Below are positions 1-10,699 of a stretch of DNA of 64,000 nt, in pieces (positions within the stretch are counted from its first letter, which is position 1; the number at the start of each line of letters is the position of its first letter). Under the pieces are notes generated by a model. That model did not search any database, was not told the origin of the DNA, and was given only the letters and a program-made list of their open reading frames with translations. The DNA is taken from NCBI GenBank assembly GCA_008632985.1, contig QPGO01000007.1:806001-870000 (forward strand), written 5' to 3'. The position numbers were made by a program, and so were the translations under genes. This stretch comes from Psammoneis japonica. Taxonomy: Eukaryota.

Positions 1-3000
1 CCATCCTTGATTGGCTCTGGCACACTCAGCCAACTTGGCCGGGTTGGATTCCTTCAAGTCTGCAAGGTGTTCCCAAGTCAAGGTTCCATCCTTCCAACAA
101 ACACAAAGGTGCCATCCTTTGGTCATCTTGCACATGATTTGGTGTCCTCTGCTGTCCTGCAGGAAAGTGCCATCCTTCTGGACTGCATGCCCATCAGTCT
201 TGTGATCAACAATGGTGTCCAGAAGCAAGTGCTGGTTGCTTTTGTTGTCACATTGTGCCAACATGTTCTCGGCCATGACGTTGGCCACAAACTCCACTTT
301 CTGACCATCAGGAAATCAATCTCATGCACACAAGTGTCCAGAATGAAATTGGCACTGGCTCTGCCCATTGGTGTTCCATCTCAATCAAGCTTGCACTGTT
401 TGACTGTCCCAGTTTGTTGGGTGTCCCTGTGAGGCAACAATGCTTCTGAGTTTGCACAAACATCAAAAGCAGCATCAGGGATGTTGTCCTTGTTGGGTGC
501 ACTCACGGGAGCATCCTGGTCTTCATCATCCTTGCATGGATCAAAAGTGGGGGTCACAGCATCAGGGTCATCAATGTCTCCAACCATCATGCCCAGACCT
601 GGCTTGGCCTCCATCAGCTCATCAAATTTCTTGTGCAATGCCAAGTGCATCTCGGGTGCTGTTCCTCAGGGTTCAAGGGTCAACAGGATGAATGGTGGAC
701 AACTTGTCCATTGTCTTTTAGCATCTTGGCCATCACAGTGGGACCTGTGTCTCAACTTGGACCAAGGCAACACCCTGGGACTTCCTTGTCCTTGGGGAAT
801 GAGACGGCTGTGTCCCCAAACATGACCCAGTCATGCCAGCCAAACTTGCACATGTGCGAAATGTCAGCTGTCTGTCCAGACACTGTGGTTTGTGGAACCT
901 CCCCATCTAACTTGCAAATGTTGTGGACAGCATTGGATCAGATGAGAGCTTCAAGCTCAAGACAATCGTCCCAAAGGCATTTTGGGGCTTGAGTCTTCAC
1001 CAATTTGCATCCGACACCTTGCTTGAATTCATGAATGGTGCCTGCAGCAAAGTTGGACCATGGAGCACAGGGTTCAGTCTGCTTGACATGGCAGTCAGCC
1101 TCCCTGGCCTTCTTGCTGAACTGACCCAGTGTCTGCTCTTTTCCCCCATCCATGATCATTGTGTGGGGTGTGCCGTCTTGCATGAAGAGCAAGAACAGTG
1201 CTTCATGCGCCAATCCTTTAGATCTCAGAGGACAAGCCCATGCCCAACTGTTGGACATGCCAAAGACTTGTGCACAGGCATTGTCCCTTCTTGATTAAGT
1301 CAATGAGATTAAGGTGTTGGAGTGCATCTCCTTTGCAATGCACCTGTGTTGCAACTGTCAGTCATTGGTCCAAAATCTCTGTGACAGCATTGGATGAAGA
1401 GCCGTTTGTGCGCCACACTGCATCATGACTTTGACAGTGTTCTCAGCATCCTTGACACTGACAGACCAATTCTTGGCCAATTGTTCTGCATCAATGTGCA
1501 GTCCCCACTTCGTCATCTTGAGCAAAGAGAGACCAATGGAGGCTTGCAGCATGTGGTCATCGCATGTGTGTGAAATGTCTTGAAGCGGCTGATTCCCCAG
1601 GTGGTCTGAGGTCTCTTGAGCTGTGGTGCATGAGAGCTTTGTGCTCATGATGTGAATCTGAGGACATGCATTGTCCCCGGTCTCAGGCACATGACCAAGA
1701 GAGTCCGTCATGGAATCCTCTCTGGTTTGAAAGTTGGCAGTTTGTGGGTCCCATTCCGGGGACTCGCAAGAAAGTTCTGCTGCTGTGCCATCTTGCATGG
1801 CTGCTTCATGCTCCACAACAGCAGGTTTGGAAGTGGGAAAGCAACTCATGATGCCATTTAATTCCAACGGAATCAGGAGCTTGTCCCCATTTGCATCTGT
1901 CAATGTCGCCGCATGTGACTTGCTGTCAGGCTTTGTCAGTGGGAAATCGGTTGTGGGTTAACTCCCACGTCATTCAGCCATAACTGCACAGGACACAAAA
2001 GGTTGTGTTCAAGGTGCGGGGTGCTGTGTGCTGCCTGGTGAACAACCAGGATGCATTGGTGGCCCAAGGCAGGGTCTGCACATGCAACGGCTCTGCTTGT
2101 GGCATGCAGACTCTTGCTGGTGCCCTTTTTTGGGTCACAACCTGTGGCATCTGCTGGACAATCATGGTCAATTAAAGCATGCTTGCTCAGTGTGCTTGTG
2201 TGTGCATGACTGTCTGGCTCAGTCCAAGCTTCTGTGCACACGGCATCCCTCATGGTTGTTTGGGTCATGTGCAGGGTTTGAAGTGGACTGAGACACAGGG
2301 TTGGAGAGGATCATTCCTTCTCCTTCCCACTGGGTTTGAGGTTGCCATTCTTGTCATGCCGGTCATTGGCCTTGATGGCAGGCTGCTTCATGATTTCTTT
2401 GGACTTGCCAGTGGCATCATCCTGCTGGTCCTCAACATGAGCAGTCATTGCTGTGACCGCACTGGCAAGGGCCTTACGTGTCTTGGCTGCCACGAGTGTC
2501 ACGTGGGGACTTGAGCTTCTTTTGCACTTTTGGGGACATTCACTTGCACTCCTTGTTGGGGCAGCACTTGTCCTTGATGTCTTTCTCATGAATGACATCA
2601 TTGCATTGGCGCTCAGTGGCCTTCAAGGCAGCAATGCAAAGCTTCTTGTTTTTGTTGTCTGGCTTGGACTGCTTGATGAAGTCTTTGCATGAGACAACAC
2701 ACCCATCAAAGTTGCCGAGCAGCTTCATGCTGGCCACAATCTGTGCTTTGATGGAGTCAAGGGATGTGTCCTTGATGCTCTCCAGAAGGTGGTGCACCTT
2801 GGAGCATTCATCAATTCTGGCACAGCCGCACTCCTCTTGAGGCCCTCAATGATGGAATGCAGTTCAATGCAAACACGCACCAGGTGCTCAAAGTTCCAGT
2901 TTTGGCATTTGCCGTGGTGGGAAAGACCTGCCAAGCGCTTTTCAGCTGCATCAGCCATGTTGTCTGTGTCATTCAGACCCAAGAAGTGGTTGTGCAAGTT

Positions 3001-3730
3001 CAGACAGGCCGTCCTGCTGTCCTGATTGTGCTGAGCCTTCTTCACATGTGCCCAACAAGAATGTTCCCATGTGATTCCAGCAACAATCTCCCAAACCTTG
3101 ACATTGTCAGCAGCAGATGTTTCTGCAGGTTGCAGGCCAGCCCCAGTGGTGAATTGGGGGGCACAGGCAATCATCTTGGCACAGGCATTGGTGTGGTTGT
3201 CAGCGTCATTGTCTGCCTCCAGTGCAACCACCTGATTTTCTCAGACCACACAGGCTGGGGGGATGTTGGTCTCTCCGTGACTGGCACAAAGATGCTTGTG
3301 GATGGCTTCCATCACATTTGGCCAGTCCTTCTCAATGACAGCAGGCAGGGTGTCAGGGTTCTCATGGGTTGTCGTTTCCACTGTGCAAAGGTGGTGGCAC
3401 CCCCTGACATGGTTGAGGGTGACATCAGCAGCGTGCAACATGTGTGAAATGCACTCATGGTGATGAGCAGCAAAAGCTGCGAGCTTGAGATTCGTCTCAG
3501 CCCGCAGCAACATGGTGGTCCCAGGTTGGGTTGTGGATTCGCTCCACCACCCACCGCACCTCCTGGGCAATGCATGACCTTGCATGAGGTCTTGACCTCA
3601 TGGTTGTTAAGATGATGCAGTTCCTTGACAGTGTTGATTCCCTGGTCAGCAAAACAAGGGCCGCTGACACTTGGTTCATGAAGCCAAGTCTGCGGTGTGA
3701 AAAGTGAGTGAGTTGCACGAAGTTCATGTT
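1..3730 (-). mobile_element. Degenerate Ty1/Copia (CoDi-like) LTR retrotransposon, gag-protease-integrase region, continuing beyond the window start
   Basis: Frameshifted minus-strand fragments. Gag: 'DQGINTVKEL..VKTSCKVMHCPGG', 'RAETNLKLAAF'. Protease: 'EPDSHAHT' (ELDSHADT-like). Integrase core: 'MIMDGGKEQTLGQF..KQTEPCAPWSNFA..LWDDCLELEA'. Copia domain order PR-IN. Almost no TpA or CpG left. Confidence 0.85.
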
Positions 3731-5419
3731 GCTTTTTCATTGTCATGTGTGTTCCATTAGTTTGTCTGACCAAAGTGTCTAGAGATTGGATTCCAATGTT
3801 GCAACTGCATGTTGCCATGTGTGAACATTGTGCAGACTGGAGTGCCAACTCTTGTTGGACATGCGTGGTCACACACTGAGGCATGCTTTGTTCCCAATGG
3901 TTGGCTTGACCTGTGGCAAGTGTTTGACACAATGTGCAGATCACATCATGTGGACACATGCACAATGGACATGTGTGTTGCTCACTCAACAATTTCAAAT
4001 TGCTCACGCATCTGCCTCTGAGACAACTTTGGCATGGAAATGGCATCCCAAATCCATCAATTTGCACTCTGTGTTTGTGCATGCATGCCACAAAGCACAT
4101 CAGAACAGATGATGCTGCAGTGCTCAATGAGCATTGAGACTCGCACCAATTCTGGGAGCACAACACTTGTCAAGCACAAATGCTTCTTGCATTCGTAGAT
4201 GTTTGCTCATCATCCCTGACACATGTGGAACATTTTGTCATCATTGCATTGCATCACAATTACCCTGTGGTCGCATGAACTGGGGATGAGACTAAAAGAA
4301 AGCTTGCAACATTGTGCTGCTTTTCTAGAAGTGAGATCTAAACTTGAGGAACCGTTCTGTGCCCAATCGCCAATGACAAAGCACACCAAACTAACTTGAA
4401 TTGATCACATGGTAAATTCTTCAGCGGCAGTGCGGCAGCATCCCGCACGAGCATCTGGCCTTGGGGCCACAAGTCCACACAAGTGTCAGTGATGGGCCAT
4501 GATGCCATTCAAGACATGGCCAAACATTTGAGGCCACCACAACCCAGGGCTGCTGGTGGTGGTGGTGGTGCTTCTTGTTGTTGTTGCTGCTGCTGTTCCA
4601 AAACATGTTGCATCAATCATCCCCACCCACTTGACTGGTCATTTGGTGCGTGTGTCAGAGGGTGTCTTGCCACCATGTGGTGGCTGCCACACTGCAGCAC
4701 AAGTGTCCTCCTCATTGTCACAACTGTTGCTGTTGACTGAACAATGCTCCTTTGTCAACACCAAATCAAAGCTGACTTTGAACTCAATGATCAACCCCCA
4801 TGTGACATTTTTGTCCATGCACCTGGCTCCAAATGCCTGGATGTAATCAACCTGCGTGGTGGCCAGACCCAATCCTTGACTGCACACTCCATTCTTCTGC
4901 TCTGTTCTTGTCTTCCAATTGAAACACAATCCAAACCTCAATCAGCTCCATGGCATTTTTGCTTGTTTGTGCCCCCCCACATTGGACAAGCAAAGGAGAG
5001 AGGACAATGACACCTTCATCAACTTCCAGGTCATCATCACCATCATTTTCCTGGCCAGCCTGCCCTTGCTGCTGCCTGTCTGTGTTGAGGGTGCACCGGG
5101 CATTGAACACTTGACATGGGCACACATTGCACGTTGGAGCATGGCAATGGCCACGGTGGCCAGAGACTGACAACTGCAGGCACTGCTGCCTCCACCCAGC
5201 TTGGCCACAGTGAATGACATGTCCCCAAGAATGCACCACAGCTGTTGATCAGCAGCGGGAAATTGATTTTGGCACATTCCTGCCACAACTCAGCTGGAAA
5301 TGTCTGCTCCTTGCAAGCCCTGCATGCCAAGGATTGTGGCCATGAAATGGCCCAAATCGAGGGTGTGAGTTCAAAGCAGCAGCTCTGTGGCTGCTTGGCA
5401 AAAAGAAGAAAGTTTTAGT

Positions 5420-5770
5420 CAAGCTGTCTCATCAGCACCCATGGAAATGAAGCCAAGGAGTTTGGCAAAGAAGGGCACAGGAGACAATGCAGGGCACCAA
5501 GGAAGAGCAAGGGATGGTTGCCAAAAGCCAACAAGTTCTTCGAGGAGCTGGTCATGGAGATCAAATGTGACATCACAAGTGAATGACTTGGTTGATGGGA
5601 AGATTTGTGCAGAACAATTTCAGCCAGACATGGAAAGCAAGTGGGGGAAGGATTTGATGATTTGGGTGATGAGGGCAGGGAGAATGATTTGGGTGATGAG
5701 GACAGGGAGACCACATGGCGGCCGAGCTGTGCCAAGGTCTGCGAGCTGGAGCTGATGGTGGTTTGGCAGA
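5420..5770 (+). repeat. Relic 3' end of an unidentified multicopy ORF family, copy 1 (homologous to ~42640-42980)
   Basis: 'ggttgccaaaagccaacaagttcttcgaggagctggtcatggagatcaa' matches 'ggttgccaaaggccaacaagttctttgctgacatggtcatggagatcaa' at ~42760. Both copies end in CAK(I/V)(Y/C)ELEL. Confidence 0.7.
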
Positions 5771-6878
5771 CAAAAGCCCATGAGTGGAATTTTTTTGTTG
5801 TTCAATGCATGGATTCTTCCATTGTAGAAGCTGCACTTTAGATGGCTGCTGTCAAATTGAACATTTTGTGTGGGTGCAAACTTCTTGAATTTCACCGCGC
5901 TGATTGGTTGTTGCACGTCTGTCCCACAGACATTCATTGGAGGTGCGGGACATTTTTTTCTGTTTTCAAATCACACCCATCAATCACACCAAACAAGTGT
6001 GATTCACATCAAATCTGATTGATTTAGTCACAAACAAATTGACGTGCTTGCACTCACACATTTGGGGCAGACCAAGGTCTGGTCATCTGTGGACACAAGG
6101 ATTCATTGATTCAGGCCCCTGGTGGTGCACAGCTGTGAGTGGAGCAGTCCAGCTCCACACAGCAGTGCCATGCCAGAGTAACTGCACAAAAAAGGCAGTC
6201 ATGCAAGAAGTGCTCAAGTTTGGCCACTGAATGACTTGTGGGGGATGAACAGCAGCACACTTTGGGGCCCCAAAACACTCTTCTGGAGTGGCTGTGGGGG
6301 GTCACACCAATTTGCAATGGCAGGCTGAGGAAAAGGCAAACACATGCAGGGCAAGGGGAAAAAGGTAGCCAACTGACAAGGCCAGGGCATGGCAAAGTGA
6401 TGCCAAGAATGCAGAGCAGGCTTTGAAAAGAGTTTGTCTGGCAGTGCAGCATGAGAATGCGAGATGTGTGTGACAGCATGACAAAATGCCTGTCGTTGGT
6501 CAGGACCCAATGGAGAATGGGCTTCATTGCCCAAAAAGATGATGGAAAAGGATAAATACAGTCGACGTTCCCGTGCCACGAGGCAGGAATCATTTGAGAC
6601 TCCGACATTTCCGCCCATAAACTTGCCAAGATCAACGCCACCCAATCACAAAAATTTCACACTCACATGGAAGCCGCAGAAGCTGCATTTGGTGTGCATG
6701 GCACCAAGCCCAAATTGACTCTCTTTGACCACTTTCATGGTGATGACAAACAGCGATTTGATCGTGAAGTACTGCGTCTCCCATTTTGCAAATATAAAAT
6801 GTTCTAAAGTACAGACATGATGTAAATCGAGTGTCCTGCGGCTCAGGGCCTTGTTCCCCTTTCATTGCTCTACCCCCG

Positions 6879-8558
6879 TCACTTTGTTAGTGAAAGTGAG
6901 GATGGCTTGGCAAATGTCACAATCGAGTTGACGTGTGATCCAACACTTGTGATCAGAAATACAAGTTTGTTCCCGACAACATGGGCACCTGCCATCATTC
7001 GATGGATTACGTCGTGTTCATCATCTTCGACCCGCCATGGGACTCCCGTATCCAACGTGCGAATCATGTTCCCCGACAAGAGATCAAACTGATGAATTTG
7101 AATCGTCCCCTCGCTTTCATCCTCGTACGTGTAGAGTTGGTTTGTGTCCGTGACCAAGAGAACGGCGCCACGAACGCCGCAATTCAATCGTTTCGGTGGC
7201 CCCACTATGCCACCCCGAATTCCCAACGTAGCTTGGTATGAGTCATTTCCACGCCACACACGGAAGAGGACACAATCCGCCGTCATCTTTTCCACAAGAG
7301 TGTTGTCCTGCGCAAACTCGCTGGGAGTGTAGTTGAAAAGGGTGAGATCATGGCTGTCAAAAACGTAGACACCCAAGCCGTTGCCGTCCGTTCGTGCGTT
7401 AGCGATTTGTTCCTCCAAGTTCAAGACCAACACTAGTTTGTCTTGGCTTACAACAGCATTGATCACAGGACGACGTGGAAGTGCATCTGCTCCCAAGACT
7501 TGATGCAAAGCCGATGCAATGCGGATTCCACTCGAGGCATAAAAATTTTCGATTACGATGCTTGTCGCTCCTTCCGCAAGGCGAATCAAATAGACTACCC
7601 CCTCGCGACTTGAGACAATGACCTTAAGCGTTGCATCCTCAGAGCCATCTTGTAATGGTGGGAAAGGCACACGCTTGACACCTTTGTGAACCGTGCCATT
7701 GTCAAGTTCGATATCTTGATCTTCCGGGCGGGACAAATCAATCGTATCCATTCTTGTTTCACGAAAAGAACCATGTTTCAACACCAAATGTCCTTCTTTT
7801 CCTTGGGATGAAGAAGAACACCACCAGAGTTTGTCGAGCACAAAGCTGTAGCCAAACGACAAGAGTCCGCCCCCTGCGGCAGGGCATGTGTGTGTCACAC
7901 GCACAATGTTTAGGACACGTTCCCCATCCCGTTCAAATGACTTGTCGGGATCCACTTGGACCAAAAGACCCCCTTTGTCCAGTGCCCCGCCAATGAGAAG
8001 ATGCAAATATTCCTTGCTTCCATCCATGGGAGTCGAAACACAAGACGGACCGGGTGGGAGTCCCCGTGCCACGACCAACGGGACCTTGTAGCGATGTTGC
8101 AAAAAATACCGCCAGGGTTGCAAGGTGCGAGGAGGAGGACGAGGACGCCACCACATCAACAGGGAACTCCAAGTCCGTTGAGAAGCCAACTTGTCGCGTT
8201 GAATGAGTTCCGTGGCCTTGGCTTCAACGGCACTTTCGATGCAGCTTTCGCTGTGCCGCTCAATCTTGACAAAGGTGAAACTGTCCCGGTCGGCAAAATA
8301 CTCGTAGAAATCAAAGGCACAAGCGGCAAGAGATCGCTCTGCTTCGTCCTCCCAAAAGGTTGTCACTGTCGTCCAAACATCCGTGTGTTCTTTCACCATG
8401 TCTGCAAGGGACTCGGGGCGGTCATTATTAGTATTTCCCGTCGCTGCTCCCGTCGCGGTCTTGCGCTTTTTGATGGGAGGTTGAGCCGTGGCGGCGGTGG
8501 CGTCCTCTGCCTCGATTTGTTCGCGAGGACGGCGGCGGCCAAAGAGATGAGCAAACAT
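6879..8558 (-). CDS. Hypothetical protein, ~559 aa, single exon
   Basis: Uninterrupted ORF with normal TpA/CpG and Tyr content. ATG at 8558 (MFAHLFGRRR). NLS-like PPIKKRK. Beta-rich C-terminal half. No family recognised. Confidence 0.75.
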   Translation of the reverse strand: MFAHLFGRRRPREQIEAEDATAATAQPPIKKRKTATGAATGNTNNDRPESLADMVKEHTDVWTTVTTFWEDEAERSLAACAFDFYEYFADRDSFTFVKIERHSESCIESAVEAKATELIQRDKLASQRTWSSLLMWWRPRPPPRTLQPWRYFLQHRYKVPLVVARGLPPGPSCVSTPMDGSKEYLHLLIGGALDKGGLLVQVDPDKSFERDGERVLNIVRVTHTCPAAGGGLLSFGYSFVLDKLWWCSSSSQGKEGHLVLKHGSFRETRMDTIDLSRPEDQDIELDNGTVHKGVKRVPFPPLQDGSEDATLKVIVSSREGVVYLIRLAEGATSIVIENFYASSGIRIASALHQVLGADALPRRPVINAVVSQDKLVLVLNLEEQIANARTDGNGLGVYVFDSHDLTLFNYTPSEFAQDNTLVEKMTADCVLFRVWRGNDSYQATLGIRGGIVGPPKRLNCGVRGAVLLVTDTNQLYTYEDESEGTIQIHQFDLLSGNMIRTLDTGVPWRVEDDEHDVIHRMMAGAHVVGNKLVFLITSVGSHVNSIVTFAKPSSLSLTK

Positions 8559-10699
8559 GATGATACCCTCCTGTCCGACACCTAAATCCAAAGAGCGAGG
8601 ATATTATGGGGCACACAACAATAAGCAGGGCCGCAAGTCACGTTCCTCTTTTATTGTCGCTGCGTTATCCGCACTGCCGGTAAGGTTTGACTTCGGGCAG
8701 AACAAACAATAAAAACAAGCGCCAGAAGCCAGTTTCCTAGCGTTTTACTGGTAAAATATTTATGTAAAAATTCGTACAATTACAAAAAAGAGATGAGGTC
8801 GGATCGAAAAAAAATGCGACAGAGACACACAAAAACGCGACACAACACGACAAGCGACAATGGCGACCATCATGTGGGGATGATTTCAACACCCGCACTA
8901 ATGTCAGGCATACACACCTAACAATGTAAACATGACAGATTTAACTGAAACAATGTTTGGTGCACTGCTGTCTGTCTGGGTGCTCCAATCGATCACTCGA
9001 GATGACGCCAATGTCATCAACATCTCGCGTTCATGTTGTTGCTGAGTGCAGTTCATGCAGAAAATTGCAGAAAAAGCCAGTGACAAAGATGCCCTGAATT
9101 TAACCACAACCTGCATCCAGGATCAATGAGGGTGCACACATGTGCTCATCACTCACTGCACGACACATCTGGTGCAGCATTTCATCACACGAAAATCAAC
9201 CAACGGCATCACGGGCGGCCGCACACCATTGGCCAGCATCGAGTGCCACACAAAAAGCATGGGGATGATGGATGTCAACTCTCCTGTCACGTTTGTCTGT
9301 CTGTTGCCCGTTTGTCTTGTAGAATCTGTGACAATGTTCCCACACTTTGTGGTCTGCTGGTGTCCACATGCTTCATCATCTGACACAAGAGCTGTTTGCT
9401 CCTCTGATGAAAAGGTGCTGTCAAAGGGAGTGCAGCACCAGATGCAAAAGCTCAGGAACTTGCCAGCTGATGCTGACAAACCCATGCATGAACCCATTGT
9501 TCTGCACTTTTCTGCTGGCATGTGTGAAAAATGCCTGTTGTTCCCAGGCACCAGCGTGCAGACTGCATCATCACAAGGCAAAACCAGCCAGAGATGAGAC
9601 TGAAGGGCACACGCACAGCTCAAACAAATGCATTGTTTGGTGCACTCATCACAAAAGCCTTGGGAAGCACCTTCCTGTGCAGGGTTCAGGGCAGCACTGC
9701 CACAAAAGTGCCATCTGTGGTGTTTTGTGTGCAAGCGCCCATGAAGACTTCCATGCAACTGCTGTTTGACAATTTGCACAGTGACTGGGCAGCACACAAT
9801 CTGCAAATCTGCAATCCAAAAACAAGCTCAAATCACTTCTTCACCAAGTCTTCACATTGGAGCATCATCAGGAGCACCAGGAGAAGTGGCAAGCAAGAAA
9901 TCAAAACTTGTGGGAGGACAAAGTCAACGACAATCATGGAAAAAAGGAAATTTCAGCAGTGCTGCACATGGACAGGCATCACTGTTGTCATGTTAAATTG
10001 GAGCAACTTGGACATTGTGGCAGTGTCATGGACAGTGCTGGAAAAGGTGCCACACCCAAGGATCTGATGGCAAGAAGATGTGGCTCATTTTGCACTCCAT
10101 CAAGGGATGTGCCAGCAGCCAGCTTGCCAACCTGCAGTCAAGAGCTGGGTGATCGCAGAATGCATCAGATTGTCTTTTGTACAAAGGAAGCTGTGCAAAT
10201 GCTCTCAGCAATTTTTGTGGCTGGGCACCTTGTCAACAAGACATGTGGGGTGCAGCAAACAAATGGCATGTTTCTCTGCCACGCAACATTTTTTTGGAAT
10301 GATTGGTTGACCACAGGGTCAAGATGGAGCCAAGGCCAAGGGTGCAAGAACACAAAGCAGATTGACAAATGACCTCAATCCAAGAGCACTTCACATGGAT
10401 TTTTGGTGACACAGAGCACAGCTGAGCTGTCTTCACTTTGCGCCTGGATCTGGCAGTGTGACATGATCAATTGGGCACTGTGCCAAGCAAATGTTTTCAG
10501 ACAGTTCATGCCCAAAACAGCAGCTGGCCCTTCTGCAATTCAGAGAGCTGGGTTCAAAATCATGCCAGCTCTCCAGTGCCAGGGAGAAAAAATGTTTCTT
10601 GAGAACTCTCTGCCAGCTGTGGAGGACAGAGTCACAACTGGATGATGGGGTCTTGTTCTTGGCAAACACTTTTCAACACAGAGCTGAAGAGAGTGCAAA

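Noticed and set aside
1..6500. Dozens of 60-280 aa Cys/His-rich ORFs in all frames here and in other repeat blocks, resembling metal-binding proteins
   Set aside because: They are by-products of TpA/CpG loss (fewer stops, more TGY/CAY codons). Recognisable parts are TE fragments.
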